A stretch of DNA of 41,625 nt from Hyphochytrium catenoides (taxonomy: Eukaryota; Protista; Hyphochytriomycota), in assembly GCA_900088475.1 (NCBI GenBank), contig FLMG01000462.1, forward strand, positions 1 through 41,625, read 5' to 3'. The position numbers were made by a program, and so were the translations under genes. The notes below the pieces were generated by a model. It worked only from the letters and a program-made list of their open reading frames with translations. It did not search any database and was not told the origin of the DNA. This document shows positions 1 through 12,600 of this stretch, in pieces. Positions within the stretch are counted from its first letter, which is position 1, and the number at the start of each line of letters is the position of its first letter.

Positions 1-3000
1 ATACAACCACTCTTCTTACCTTGTGTTAGAGGCTCGATTTCTCTCTGCAGTCTCCTCAATTCCTTCTCTATCTCACGGAGCTCCACTGCAAATAGTTCGT
101 TGGACTTCTTCTCCACAGCCAATAAAGCACGCTTGTCCCGCAGCTGACCCGCCAGCTGTACCTGCAGGAATCTAAGGCGATGAAAAGGAAAAAGAGAGAG
201 AATGTGCGTGTGATTCGGACAATCGGAGCAGAAAGATGGCAGGAGACGGAAGCAGGGAAGAGGAGAGATGAAAAATGACCCATACGTATTCCCTAAGAAA
301 CCTGGCGCCTTCCTCTATCGATGGTTCGTCCTGCTCTACCCATTGACGCTATCATCATCTTTTCTGGTCCTCTCTCTCTGTCTGTCTCTGTCAATCTCTC
401 TGTCTGTCTGTCTGTCTCTCCCTCTCTTTCCCCTGAACACTTTCTATTCTTCCTTTCTTTTTTACCTGGTAAGGTAGCGTTGTGGAGCTCCGCTTATCCT
501 TGCGCTATCGTAGTACTTGGTCTTCACTTGCATCACCTTCTCCAACTCTTGAGAGAGGTCCGCCTGGAGAGACAAAGGGAATTCCATTTGGTATGAACCG
601 CGAGAGAGAGAAGAGAGAAAGGTTTGAATGGTTTTCATTAGCAGAAGGGGTTCCCCTTCGTTTCCAATCTCTATCTCTTTTAAGTCCTACCTCATCTTTG
701 CTTTCTTCCTCAAGGATTTGATTGCTTTCCATCATCGCCAGCTTCTTCATCTCCAGCTTTGCCTACGAAGAGACAGAAACACGTTTTAGGACGTAGAGAC
801 ATGGGGCGTTAGGAAGCAGACAAGAGTCCATACAAAGGCGGAAGGAGAGAGAGAATGAGGAGAGGATAAGAGAAAGAGAACCTTACCTGCAGTTCCTTTT
901 GTTGCTTGAAGAGAGGGCCAACCTGTAGATGGACCTCATGCAGAGCGAGCTCCACCTCGAACTTCTCTCGGCCCCTATGGTGAAGCACCATAAGGCCAAT
1001 AGTGACGGATGAGAGGCATGTACAGGCCAGGTTCAAGACGACCGAGAGACCATCCACAGTGAAGAGAAAGGGTGAGAGGCAGCAAAGAGGGAAAGGGAGC
1101 GGGAGAGATACTAGGAGCGTTCAGGTACTTGCAAGGAGGAAGTGTAGAGAAGAAGAAAAGAAGAAAGAAAGAAAGAGGAAGAAGAGGTTCAAAGCGCTGA
1201 GCCAAGGTGTGACCTACTTGTGGCCTCTGTACACTCTCTGAATGATGAGAGCAGCTCTCTGTTCCAGCTGATTCCTTTTCATGGCCGCCTGCCACAAGGA
1301 CAACCGTCTAGCTGAGTGGTCAGCTGTTCACAATCTCTTCTTTACCATCTGGGTTACTTACTCTCAATGCCTTGACCGCAGACCTACTGCTGAATCCCCT
1401 GTACATTCTCTGGATCTTTATCACCGCTTGGACCTCGCGGGTGCGGAGAATGTTGAAGGTTCGCATCATGGCACTAAGAGTCACAGAGAAGAGAGAGTCA
1501 GACAGAGAGAGAGAGAGTGAGAGAGAGAGACAGAGAGCGAGAAAGAGAGGGAGAGCGAGAATGAGAGAGAGAGGGAGAGAGGGAAAGAGAGAGAGAGAGG
1601 GAGAGCGGGAAAGAGAGAGAGAGGGGGGAGGGGGGAGGAAAAGAAAGCAGCAGAATGACACAAAGCCGAGAGAAATGATGAACCGGACAGAGATGGGGCA
1701 TGTTGAAGAGAGAAAGAATAACGAAGAGAGAGAGAGAGAGTGTGCGTGAGAGAAGTGTGGCCTAACAAATGTTAGAAAACCCAGGGGAAACTTCATTACC
1801 TGATATGTCTTGCTCTTGTCCCTCTCCATCTCTTTTGAATCCATATTGCAGCTCTTTCTTCTTGGGCTCGCTATAAAAGTCGCGAGAGAGCAGGCCAAGC
1901 AAGTGGAATATTAGTGGTAGAGAGAGGGGAGCAAGAGAGAATAGACGAAATGGGAGAGGCCATAGCAACAGGAGATAGCAAAAAACATCACTTAACAGCC
2001 TAAGCTACAGTGCGAGGAGAGTTCTTCGGTCATTATTTGCATTACCTGGTTCTCCCGTCGGAGTTGCGCAGCCTCCCTTCGCGCCTTCAATCCTCGGAAG
2101 AGAGACTGCGAGAAGGGGAAAGAGCGGGCGAGAGAGAGTTAGGAGGAGTCACTGAGGAGAAGACTTCAGCGGCATCGCATTGGCTACGGAGAGCTACGTA
2201 CCTGCAAGGCCATAGCTCCTTCCTCCTCCTTCGCCGCCTGAACTATTAGACCGCGCAAACTCTTCGCAGCTTTGCGCGCCTGGAACCCATGGAAGACTGA
2301 CAGAAAGGGAAGGGAGATACAGATACGTTGAGCGTTGGAGCACGGAGGGTAGGAGACGAAGGAGCAGTCAGACGAAGCAGCAAGAGAGGCCAAGAGCGGA
2401 GGAGATTAAGGAAGAAAGGAGCAGCGTACCTCGTTGTATCGTCCTCGCGGCGGCATGCTTCATTCTCAACTGAGCCTTCTGCTGCTCCAGCGCTAGCCGC
2501 CGCAGTTTGGCCTGCTCTCGGCCTCTGTGCCCTCTCCAGAGCTCTTGGATCCTCACGGCCGAAAGCTCCAGCAAAGCCTACAAAACTGAAAGGTTGGGAT
2601 GCCCAAGATTTATGAGGCTCAAGGCAAATGTTAGACTTACGTCTCTGTGGGCCGCTCGGCGTTGCTTCGTCTTGAGCTCATTCCTTCTAGCCTTGGCCTC
2701 CTTTCTACCCAGATAGCCTCGGAAGCACTGTCGCGGCGCGAAAAGAATCAGAATAGAGTTGCGCTGATTGAGCTTAACGGAATTGCTTAGGTGGTAGAGA
2801 GAATGGGAAGAAAGAGATACAATAGTAGAGAGACAGCAAATGAGAGAACTGACGGGAAGTCAAGAGCTTCTACATGCGCCTTAGCAGCTTTAGGCACGTT
2901 ACCTTCTGAATGATAGTTGCTGCTTGTTTCTGACGCAGACCAAACCGGTGCTCTTGCCTCCTCTGTCTCCATCTATCCCTGCCTCTGTGGCCGCGGAACA

Positions 3001-4342
3001 CCCTCTGGATGGTAATAGCCGCTCTCCTTTCCTCTTTCTCTTTCTCGACGTGACGGAACTGACAACGGACAAGAAAACCTCGCACCCTCGCCTGCAAATT
3101 TATATGAAGACTAGCTATAAGTGCAGGGGAAAATGTTCGACTGGTAAGGAAGTAAGATGGAGAGAGAGAGGAAGAGCCTCGAAAAAGAAACAGAAGGCAA
3201 TATTTGGGTGAGAGAGAGACAGACAGAGAGAGAGAGAGAACAAAAGACGGCTTGCCGCACCTGCAGCTTGGGGAGAATATGTTTCTCTACCCAGGCCCGT
3301 CTTAGCTTCTTCGTCCCACCTCTGGCCAAGGAGCCCCGCACGACCGCCTGGATTTTGACTGCGGCTTGCATCTGTCGCTTATGCTCGCGTTTCTTTGCAG
3401 AATGAGAGATAAAGGTTAGAGAGAGAGAGTATATGAGAGACGCCTTCGACAAAGAGAAACCGTCAGGATCAAAGAAGCTGCGTAGGGAACGAGGCCGAGG
3501 ATCTTTGGAGGTCCAGGGATAAGAGAGATTGAAGGTGAGCGGCTCTCACCTTCTCTATGACTTCCATTGCGTCAGGCCGCGGCTGGAGGCCAAAATACCC
3601 GTCGGCAATCTCCACGACGTCAAGTTCTAGTACCAGCTATAGGGCACAGGCAGCGGCGAATGGACCGCGGAGGTTAGGGAGGAGACAAGACAGAGTCTAT
3701 GGACAATAACCCTTGGCGCGCAACCAAAGAAGAGGACAGGCGAGAAGGGCGAGACACAGATGTGGGTCCTCCAGCTAAGAGACTAACGGATAGCCGACAG
3801 AGAGAGAATAGATGTACCTCCTGCATAAAGGCTCGTCTAATCCCTGAACAGCCGCTTACATCCAGCCATCGGAGCTGAAACTGTGTCTTCATCAGCTGGC
3901 GGATGCTCTCCTCCGTGATCTAGGACCAAAGGAGCATTAAGAGTAAGAGAGAGACAGAACAGGACACAAACAGACGGCAAGCGACGAGGTATCAAAAGAA
4001 GTAAGACATATACTAGATAGGCTGCCAGAAGACGAGGACACAGAGAGGAGCGAGAGCACGAGGACCACGCATGACGAAAGAACCAGCTGCGCTTGCCAGG
4101 CGATAAACGCGCAATGAGAGTAAGGATGACAAGAAGCAGTGGATGACGAGAAACCCGGGGATGAACAGCCACTGGAGCTAGAAAATGGCTGTCAGAGCTG
4201 ACCTTTCGTAGATTGCACAGCTTGAGTGTGTGGAGACTGTTCCCTTGCAGTCTAATAACCTCCATCGCCTAACAGCACCCACATGTGCACGTGGAGAGAG
4301 AATGAGGGTAAGTAAGGAAGGTACTTCGAGGAGAATGGGACG

Positions 4343-4379
<37 letters not shown>

Positions 4380-5803
4380 CAAGGCTACCTGGTCGCCCAG
4401 GCTGAGACACCCAGCCAGGTCTAAGTAGGAAAGGTTGGGGCAGTTCGCTAGCAGAGCAGTTAATCCCCGCGATGTCAGTCCGAGGCAGCCACTGACATCG
4501 AGCCATGAGAGATTGCGACAAGAGACGGAAAGGAGCGAGAGATCTTTGTCTACCAGCCGCACACAGCCGGTGAGAGACAAAGTCTCGATCTTGCCACATC
4601 CCTGTATATAATGCTTAGTGTCATGACGTGCAAAGAGATATTAAGAGAATAGAGGCATAGCTTTCTTTCTCTCTCTCTCTCTCTATCTATCTAAATATCT
4701 AATTATCTATCTATCTACTCTCTCGCCCTCTCGCTCCCTGGCTCTCTCTCTCTGTCCCCCTACTCCTCGTTCCCTACCTTTCTCTCTCCCTGGCTCTCTC
4801 ACCCACACTCTCTCTCTCTCTACCTCTACCTCTCTCTCTCTCACTCTCTACTCTACCTTCTTCCTTCTTCCCTTCTGTCCCTTTTTGTCTCTCTTGCTTC
4901 CTTCCAACAAGCTCTCGTACCTTGACCAGTCCCTTGAGTCCTTTCCCTGTGATCTCCTTGCATCCCGACAGCTTTAGAATGCGAAGGTCATTACAGGAAG
5001 CGCTGAGAGCGCGGAGCCCTTGATCCTTCACGTGACGGCATCCAAAGAGGTTCAACGAGGTCAGCCGGGGACACGAGCGACCTAGCTCCACGAGGGCCTG
5101 GCGAGTAGGGAGGTGGTAACGGAGCGATGGAGACAGAGAGAGAACCGTGTGAATAAGAGGGAAAGAGAGAGAGAGACATTATTGAAAAGAGACACAATGG
5201 AGTGACGCAAAGGAGACAGAAGGAGAGGAGAAGAACCCCGGGATCAGGAGAAGGACCCCGGGATCAGAAGAGACCGAGGAATCATTGCACCTGCGAGGGC
5301 AAGCTTTGGAAGAAGAAGAAAAAAAAAACGTTAAGAGACCCACGAGTGAGGCAGGGCTCCCCTCTGTGGAAGGAAAGGAGGGAGAAGCTACTTCTGTCCT
5401 TCTGCTTGCGTCTTGGGCCACTCTCCTGCTAATTGCAACTGTCCACCTACCTTGTCTCCAAACTCCCCTACCCTCTCACATTCTGACACGTTGAGATCCT
5501 CTAACTCTCGACAGCAGCGCGCGATCTCTCCTATACCTGAGGCCACAGCCCAAGTGACATCATAGGGAACATTAGACAGAAGGAAGCCAAGATACATGGT
5601 GCTCTTAGCACGTATAGCAGACACAAACTTCTAGAGAGGCAGTTAGAAGAGAGAGAGAGAGAGAGAGAGAGGGAGGAAGAGAGAGAGAGAGAGGCAAAGA
5701 AGGGGCTGCAAAACAGGAGAATGGAAGCGGTAACCTGTGCAGTAGTTGCTAGAGTACAGCTAAGAGGGAGACCATATGTGAAAGGGAGCAAATACTTAAT
5801 GTG

Positions 5804-5836
<33 letters not shown>

Positions 5837-6793
5837 TCTCTCTCTCTTTCTCTCTTTTTCGCGTACTATAAGCGCGATCTATCTATCCCCTTCTCTCTCT
5901 CTCTTTCTTTGGGTTCCTTACCAGCATCACTAACGGCTTTGCAGCCCTGCAAATTGAACTCCTTCAACTTCCAAAGCCCAGCAGCCAGCACTTTAAGGGC
6001 GACATCGTCAATCTGCTGACAGCCACTAAGATCTAGCCGCTCCAGACCGCTGCATCGAAGAGAGATGGCGCGCAAGCCAATTGGAGAGAGTAGAGGGAGG
6101 CCAGCGAGAGAGAGAGAGAGCAGCCCAGTGCAGTGCTTTGCGATAGACCTGGTAACAAAGGGTCGCCGAAAGGTGCAAGTAAGATTACCGTCTACTCAGA
6201 GGGAGAGAGACAAATAAACTAGGGGAAAGAGGATGAGAAGACGGATAAGCATCTGCTTACGGAAGAACTGAAGAGACCTTTTCCCCTTTCCCAGGGCTTT
6301 ACGAAGAGAATAGCCTGTTCCTCCTCACCAGCTACTCCTAATTACTCTCTCTCTCTCTTCCCTCCCTGTCTCTGTCAGCGTCTCTCAATGCTGCACCTAC
6401 CACAGCGACGCATCGGAAACCTCTTTGCAGTGAGAGAGAGTCAGCTTCTCCACCTTGGGCCACGTTGAGAGAAACTCTTCCACCAGAGAGTCAGAGATGA
6501 CGGTGTTTGTGTCCCGCGAATGCTGGAGAAGATCTAGGTGAGAGCTCAACTGGCCGCTCTCGTCCACTAAGAAGTTATTCAGAAACGACCAGAGGAGTCT
6601 GCAAGACACGACAAGAAGAGAGAAATGATTGGGATTAGCGGTGTCTCGTGTCAATCTTTGTTTGGCTCTCTCACTCTGTTCAATATAATGAACCTTGCCC
6701 CTGCATGGTATCTAAGGTAAGTGCGACGAAAGCGAAGCTTTAGAGAGGAGGCAGAGAAGCAAGAGAGAGAGACAGAGAGAGGGCGCGCGCTGG

Positions 6794-6824
<31 letters not shown>

Positions 6825-7566
6825 CGCGCGCGAGAGAGAGACTATGAAAAGGATTGGAGGGCAGCATATAATGGTCCAAATGAATACACTGCCGTCCATT
6901 GTCCGCCCAATTCCTCTTCCCTCTCATGGCAAAATCCCTTCAAGTTCAAGCAGGTTTGCTCCATCCTCTCCCCCTATCTCACTCACATACACAGAAATTC
7001 TTTCTCTCTCTCTTCCACTCTTTTCCTTTCTCTCTCTTCTCAGCCCGCAGCCCTCTATTTTTCTAGAAGAGGTACCGAGGATTTTGATTATCTCCTCCCT
7101 CCTTTGGTGAAGGTTGAGGAGGTACTGGCTTCCGCTTTTGTGGACTTTCTTCCCTCTGGAGCTGCCGTCGGCGCTGTCCTCTCTCTCCTGTGAGTTTTAA
7201 GTCTCCAGCTACAGGCTGTCCAGCTAATAGGAAAGTGACAGAGAAGAAAGGCAATGAAGTGAGGAATTAGACAGAATAGGGAGAATGCGGTCTATGGAGA
7301 CGAGAGGAAGGTGCTTGCTACCTTTTCCTAGAGGTCCCAAGAGTCCAGCAGCAGCAGCTGCGGCGATGGCCGGCGTGAAGTAAGAGGCAGGAGGCAGCGG
7401 AGCTGGACGGAGGGGTTCCAGAACCTGCTCACCAGGTTGACGGCGAGAAGACGATGGGTCCCGTTAATAATGAGATGTCAGGAAGAGGGACAAGCGCAGA
7501 GAGATGTAGGACGCGAAGTGGACTGACGCGGACGGCTGAGAGGTAGGGAATGAGACTGAGAAGCGG

Positions 7567-7607
<41 letters not shown>

Positions 7608-8562
7608 TAAGCGACACAGTCGCTCTTTCTTCATCTTACTTGGGGGGAGCGCGGCCGTTTGAGAGAGTTGGGGGATCGAGGCCCCAAAGCGACAATAGGC
7701 GGAGGAGTCCTCTCGCCCCACACCTCCTTAGGCTTGCCTGGAACATGTTCAAGAGATCAGAGGCATATGTAAGACCGCAGAAAGGATGCAGGGGCTGAAC
7801 ATGGGAAGTGAGCGGAGGTGTTAAGAGCAACAGGACACAAGGAGGGGAGAGAGAGGCAGACGGCGGGACTAGAAGCAGAAAACAGAATAGTGAGAAGGAG
7901 ACCGGGACTGAGAGGGAAAAGGGAGAGAAGGGAAACAGAAAGAAAGTGAGTGAAGAGAGAGAAGAGAGAGAGAGAATTAAAGAGTGAGAGAGGAAGAGGA
8001 GAGGGGGGTGCGAGAGAGAGAGTACCAGGGGGCCTCGTCTGCCGGATGTCCATTCCGGGGACAGCCAGCAAAGGCTTCAAAGGTGGTCCTGCAGGTCGCG
8101 TCATAGGTGCTGATGACTTCATAAGGCCGTTGGGCCTTCCCTCTACTTCTCCATGCCGCTCTCTCTCTTGACGCTGATCGTCAGCTAAAGAATAGACGAG
8201 AGAAATGGTCAGGAAGGCTTGGAGGGCGTGGAAAGCATAAAGGGCAAGGGAGAGACTAAACAGAGAGCGATACAAGCTGTGACTGTTAGGGGATGAAGAA
8301 GCAGAGTGCACGCCTCTTGCTCGCTGTAGAGAGGATAAGCAGGAAAGAGATACGAGCACACATCGAACATTCAGATCGATGTACAGCGGGTCAGGTTAGA
8401 GAACTCCTGGAGAGCTAGACCCCAAGTCAAAGCAGCGGAGATGGAGATAACCAGGGCAGCTGAGGATAGCTGCTTTGGAGAGAGACCAGATAATTATAAG
8501 CGAGAGGACGCACCTGGCAGGCGAGGAATAGAGGTGAACTCTAGGGACTGAGCCCTTGGCAT
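1..8562 (-). CDS. Multi-exon (>=27 exons in window, 3'-partial) protein: Pro-rich N-terminus, cysteine-containing (FBXL/AMN1-type) leucine-rich repeats, ~10 IQ calmodulin-binding motifs, C-terminal coiled coil
   Basis: Manual GT-AG splicing gives one continuous frame: MPRAQSLEFTSIPRLP (ATG 8562) ... GGDNQNPR|YHAGAR|LLWSFLNN. LRRs include VEKLTLSHCKEVSDASL, LERLDLSGCQQIDDVAL, LEDLNVSECERV, LTSLNLFGCRHVKDQGL, LRILKLSGCKEITGKGL and LSWLDVSGCLGLTSRGL. IQ motifs include AAVKIQAVVRGSLAR, AAITIQRVFRGHRGR, SAVRIQELWRGHRGR, AAIWIQKRWRGTRAR and AVIKIQRMYRGFSSR. The last in-window exon ends at 20 with a GT donor. The 5' exons (7076-8562) are less certain than the LRR/IQ part. Confidence 0.8.
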
Positions 8563-8790
8563 TCTCTATTTATCCTGGAAACATGCTTTTCTTCTTCTTT
8601 CCTCCCACAAAGCAAAGCACAGACGAGCAGCGGAGAGAGGGAACAGTTCCCCTTCTGCAGGCGGTCCAGGAAGGTAAAGAAAGCAGAAGGGAGCGCTTGA
8701 GGAGCGAAGAAAGGCGAGATCTTAGTGCTCTCACATAGTTCTCTCTAGAGCCATGCGTAGTAGATAAGGGCTATAGTGGCTTCCAGACTT

Positions 8791-8848
8791 NNNNNNNNNN
8801 NNNNNNNNNNNNNNNNNNNNNNNNNNNNNNNNNNNNNNNNNNNNNNNN
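8791..8848. other. Assembly gap (58 N)
   Basis: Run of N followed by a CT/CTCTCG microsatellite. Confidence 0.99.
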
Positions 8849-9006
8849 CTCTCTCTCTCTCGCTCTCTCGCTCACTCGCTCTCGCTCACTCGCTCTCGCT
8901 CTCGCTCTCGCTCTCGCTCTCGCTCGCTCTCTCTCTCTCTCCCTCTCTCTCTCTTCTCTCTCTCTCCTCTCTCCCTCTCTATTTCTCTCTCTCTCTCTCC
9001 CTCTCC
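8849..9006. repeat. Compound (CT)n / (CTCTCG)n microsatellite
   Basis: ctctctctctct cgctctctcg ctcactcgct ctcgctcact cgctctcgct ctcgctctcg... read directly. Confidence 0.95.
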
Positions 9007-9667
9007 CTTTGGAAGGTACCCAGTGTCCCAAGCCTCAGAACTCAGGAAGCTGTGTAGTGGAAGGCGGCGATGTTTGTAACCACCTCCACTAAAAGGAAAA
9101 AGACTCGATAAAAAGCCAAACAAATATCACTTAAAACGATATGGAGGTTTCGGATATGGCTAGCTATATTATCAATAGAAGGCGCTTAGTATTTTATAAT
9201 CACTAATCTATGAAGCAGGTGGACTAAACAGTTATTGTATGGGCATAAAATTTATGGTCAAATTTTTCATCTTCTCTCCAACACGAAGAGTTTTCCTCCA
9301 TGTCCTCCCACTTTCGCTGGGACAGCAGCAGCGATCTTCTTCGCTCTCTCTGCTCTCTCTTTCCCTTCTCAATCTCTCTCGCTCTCTCTGTTCCCTTTGG
9401 TCTCTTATTAGCGGATGCCGGGTTTGGGTCTCTAGCTAAGCAGAACAGCTCAGAGCGATCAAGAAACCAGGTTTCCACATGGATCAAACAGATGCATGGC
9501 GAGTCCAGCACCAAAGGAAGCCTCCACATGCCAGACTGGAGTTTCCGCTGAAGAGATTGGAGTGGAAGGAGGTTTGAAAGAGGGATAAAGAGGAGCGAAG
9601 AGACAAGGTTGTCCTGCAAAGTATCTGCCGGGTCCAGCTTCTGGGTGAAAGGACGTAGCAGTGTTGT

Positions 9668-12600
9668 CTACGGAGCACGATTCCTTCCTCGCCTTTGCCT
9701 AATTATCTGCAGCATCTCCTCCACGTCTAGAACTTTTTCTCTTGGCTTCCCTCTCCTTCTCCCTTCTTCCTCCTCGTGCTGGTCCAGGAGTAAATAGTCC
9801 TCCCAGTCTGTTATCTCCTTGCCCAGGCCCCTGTGTTTCAGGTGCTGCCGAAGAGCTGGCGCTCCGCCTTCTTTAACAATGGGCTTCATTTGCGAGCTCT
9901 GTAAAGAGAGAGTGATCAGGAGGTCACAGGAGTCTAAGGCTTTCTGTTTTCCTTCCTATCGTCCTTCCATCCCACCTTTACGGCCTCAGTCCCTCTTCCT
10001 TTTGCTGAAAGGCATTTCTGTCTAGGTCTCATTACTTTCTCTCCTATGCAAATCCGTCCGTTCGGAGTTCTCCCTCACCTTGGCATCCTCAAGGAGGCTG
10101 GAAACGGTTTCCTTAGCGTCCTGGATATTGGTCCCTATGATTCCAGTTGGTCCTCTCTTCAGCCAGCCAGCACAGTACATCCCTAATAGACAAAGACGGA
10201 GAAGAGAGAACAGGCCGGCAACGATTGCATTAAGCGAGAACAAGACAAATGCTATGCGAGCACCACGGAACAGACAGGTGAGAACGTCCTTCTCCGTAGA
10301 GGAAGAATGCACTAGACGGCGGATGTTGAGGCAGATAGAGGAAAAAAGGCAGCGCAGCAGGAAGGTAAGAGGATTCGAGGCGAGGAAGCTGCGCACATGC
10401 ACCACAAACGAAATGGCGGCTACCTTGCATAGGCCGTCCCTCATTAGTCACTCTTCCATTCTCACTGGGGACAATCCACCTCCTTCTATCAAAAGGAAGG
10501 CCCTCAATGGGCTCAGACTTGTACCTGGGGCGACAATGGTTGTCAGTGCGAGAAGGGGAGAAGGAGGCAAGAATGATCAGCATACGAGCTGGAGAAAGAA
10601 AGGCCATCAAGAGAGGGATTACGACGGTAAAAGCCATGACAAACGCGGACCTCGCGAACCGAGACCTAAGAGAATCTCTGGAAAGAAGAGTGAGAGAAGA
10701 CGAACAAATGCCGCACCCGATGCTTTTTAGAACAATGCCACAAGGAATCTCTTCCTCCTCGCCAGTCGGGACGGCGGCTTGGCGGCCCACGTCTCCTTCC
10801 AGAGTCATTCGAGAGAAAGTGACACCTTCCACGCTAGCCAGGGAGAAAGAGGAAAGGCACAAGAGAGGGAAACATAGGATAAGCAACCTTGCGTTATTCG
10901 AAAAGATGTCGTGAAAGTCAAACGACATGAAGCGTCGAAAAGAGGCAGGAGTCTCATGCTTGAAAGTATAGGAAGCCAGAGAAAACCTTGTTAGAGCCTC
11001 TACCTCTTTGTCCCGTTGATCGTCTTGGGTGAAAGCAGGAAGCGGAGCTCAACTGACTTCTCTGCCTCTTGTGAGGGGATTGCTTTACTGGTTCTTTCTT
11101 CAAAGAGGATTATAAGGTGCCGAATGAAGACGATTTGCAGTGGGAGGCGGAGGGAGCGTCAGTGATAACTCCGTCGAGGATGCGCAAGGCTATACAAGGA
11201 CACAGGGCCCTATGGGGGTCCAGCCTACCCAAAAGCTCTTCTATTCTTTTCTTGGGTCTGCTTGCCGCAATCTCTGCAATGGAAGCCGGTGTTTTCCCCA
11301 TCTTCAGCTCCTCTTCCCTCACCAGACAATTTGCTCCGTCAATCTTTGTCAATTCTCGCAGTTCCTTAATAGTAAATGACGCCTGTGGATGGCCCCTGCG
11401 CCCTGTGATGATGACCCGCTTCACCTTGCTGGCAAAATAACGTTAAGAACATACATTTGACGGAGACGGACAGACAGGGAGGACAGGAACAGCACAGAGA
11501 GAGTTGCCAAGTGATAAAGGTATGCACAGATAAGGATGACGGCGCTGACTAGATGAGCGAAACTGGCAGAGAGAGTGAGAAGAGGATACCTCCTTCTAAA
11601 CGCATCTATTACGCTGGTAGGCAGGTCGGTTCCTTGGAGCTCTTCTACGCTCTTTGCCAGGATTCGAGCGCAATCCAGTGCCACATTGCCGTTTCCCACC
11701 ACCACTACTGTCTCACTCTCTTCCCTCTCTAGCCAAGAGGGAAAGGGTAGGGCGGCGCAGTCAGGATGTCCATTGTACCAGTTGACAAAGGCTCTGGCCG
11801 AGAACACTCCTGGAAGAGCTTCTCCGGGCACCCCAAGGTCCCTGTCGCTCTAAGAGAACATAGCAAAAGAGACTTAACGATCGACATCCTGTCATGATAC
11901 CCATTTGCAGTGTCTCTCGATCCTCTCATCCTTTATCTTTGCCTCCGTCTATCTCGTCCGTCACTGCTTACATCCCCTTCTTCGCCATTTTCCTGCGCTC
12001 TTCCGCTTTCTTCTTTCATCTCCGCTTGCCTCTTGTGCGAGTACCTTGACACGCCCTTCCACATTGCGAGCTGTCTATTCCGTCTCATTCCACCGCTGCT
12101 TCTGGTTCCTCTTCCTACTACTATCCTGGTTGTCCTTTTCATGCCTTCTTCCTCCGTTCTGATCTCTTCTCGTGTGTCCTCTCTCTGTATCTTTTTCTAT
12201 GGTTTATGTTCTATCCCGCCATATTCTTGGAGCTCTCTGTCTGCTTTACGTTACCCTTTGAAGTCCATTCGCACGCCTAGATCCCTCTGTCTGTTTACCC
12301 GCTCATGCTCCTGATACTGTTGGACCCCAAGCTGAAGCTTACCGAGGCGCCGTAAGCAAAAATGACGGCATTATAAAAGTCTTTAAGCTCCTGCACTGTG
12401 ATGTCCGCTCCGACCCTCAGATTGCCCAAGAATGTGAAGCGCTCTTTTCCCTCTTCTGCCACTTGCATGAAGTCATTCTGAACGTTCTTAACCTCCGGAT
12501 GATCGGGAGCTACCCCGAACCGCACCAGACCTTCCAAGGGCAATCACAAAGAAGCGTGAGCGTTAGCTAGAAAAGGGATAAGAAGCTTCTGAGAGAGGGG

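Noticed and set aside
1320-1898. Many ORF-track entries rich in SLSLSL or RERERE (also 7757-8359, 28114-28404, and the tail of 40546-41139)
   Set aside because: They are translations of (CT)n/(GA)n microsatellites in introns or intergenic DNA, sometimes fused to a real exon.
7063-8562. Separate small gene upstream of the LRR-IQ gene
   Set aside because: Its exons splice in phase into the micro-exon at 6711, so it is more simply the N-terminus of the same gene.
9224-9619. 131-aa minus-strand ORF after FDXR
   Set aside because: Non-ATG start, partly GA-repeat-derived and no recognisable motif; probably FDXR 3' UTR.
10080-10928. 216-aa (+) and 232-aa (-) ORFs
   Set aside because: Antisense to, or intron read-through of, FDXR exons; no independent coding signal.
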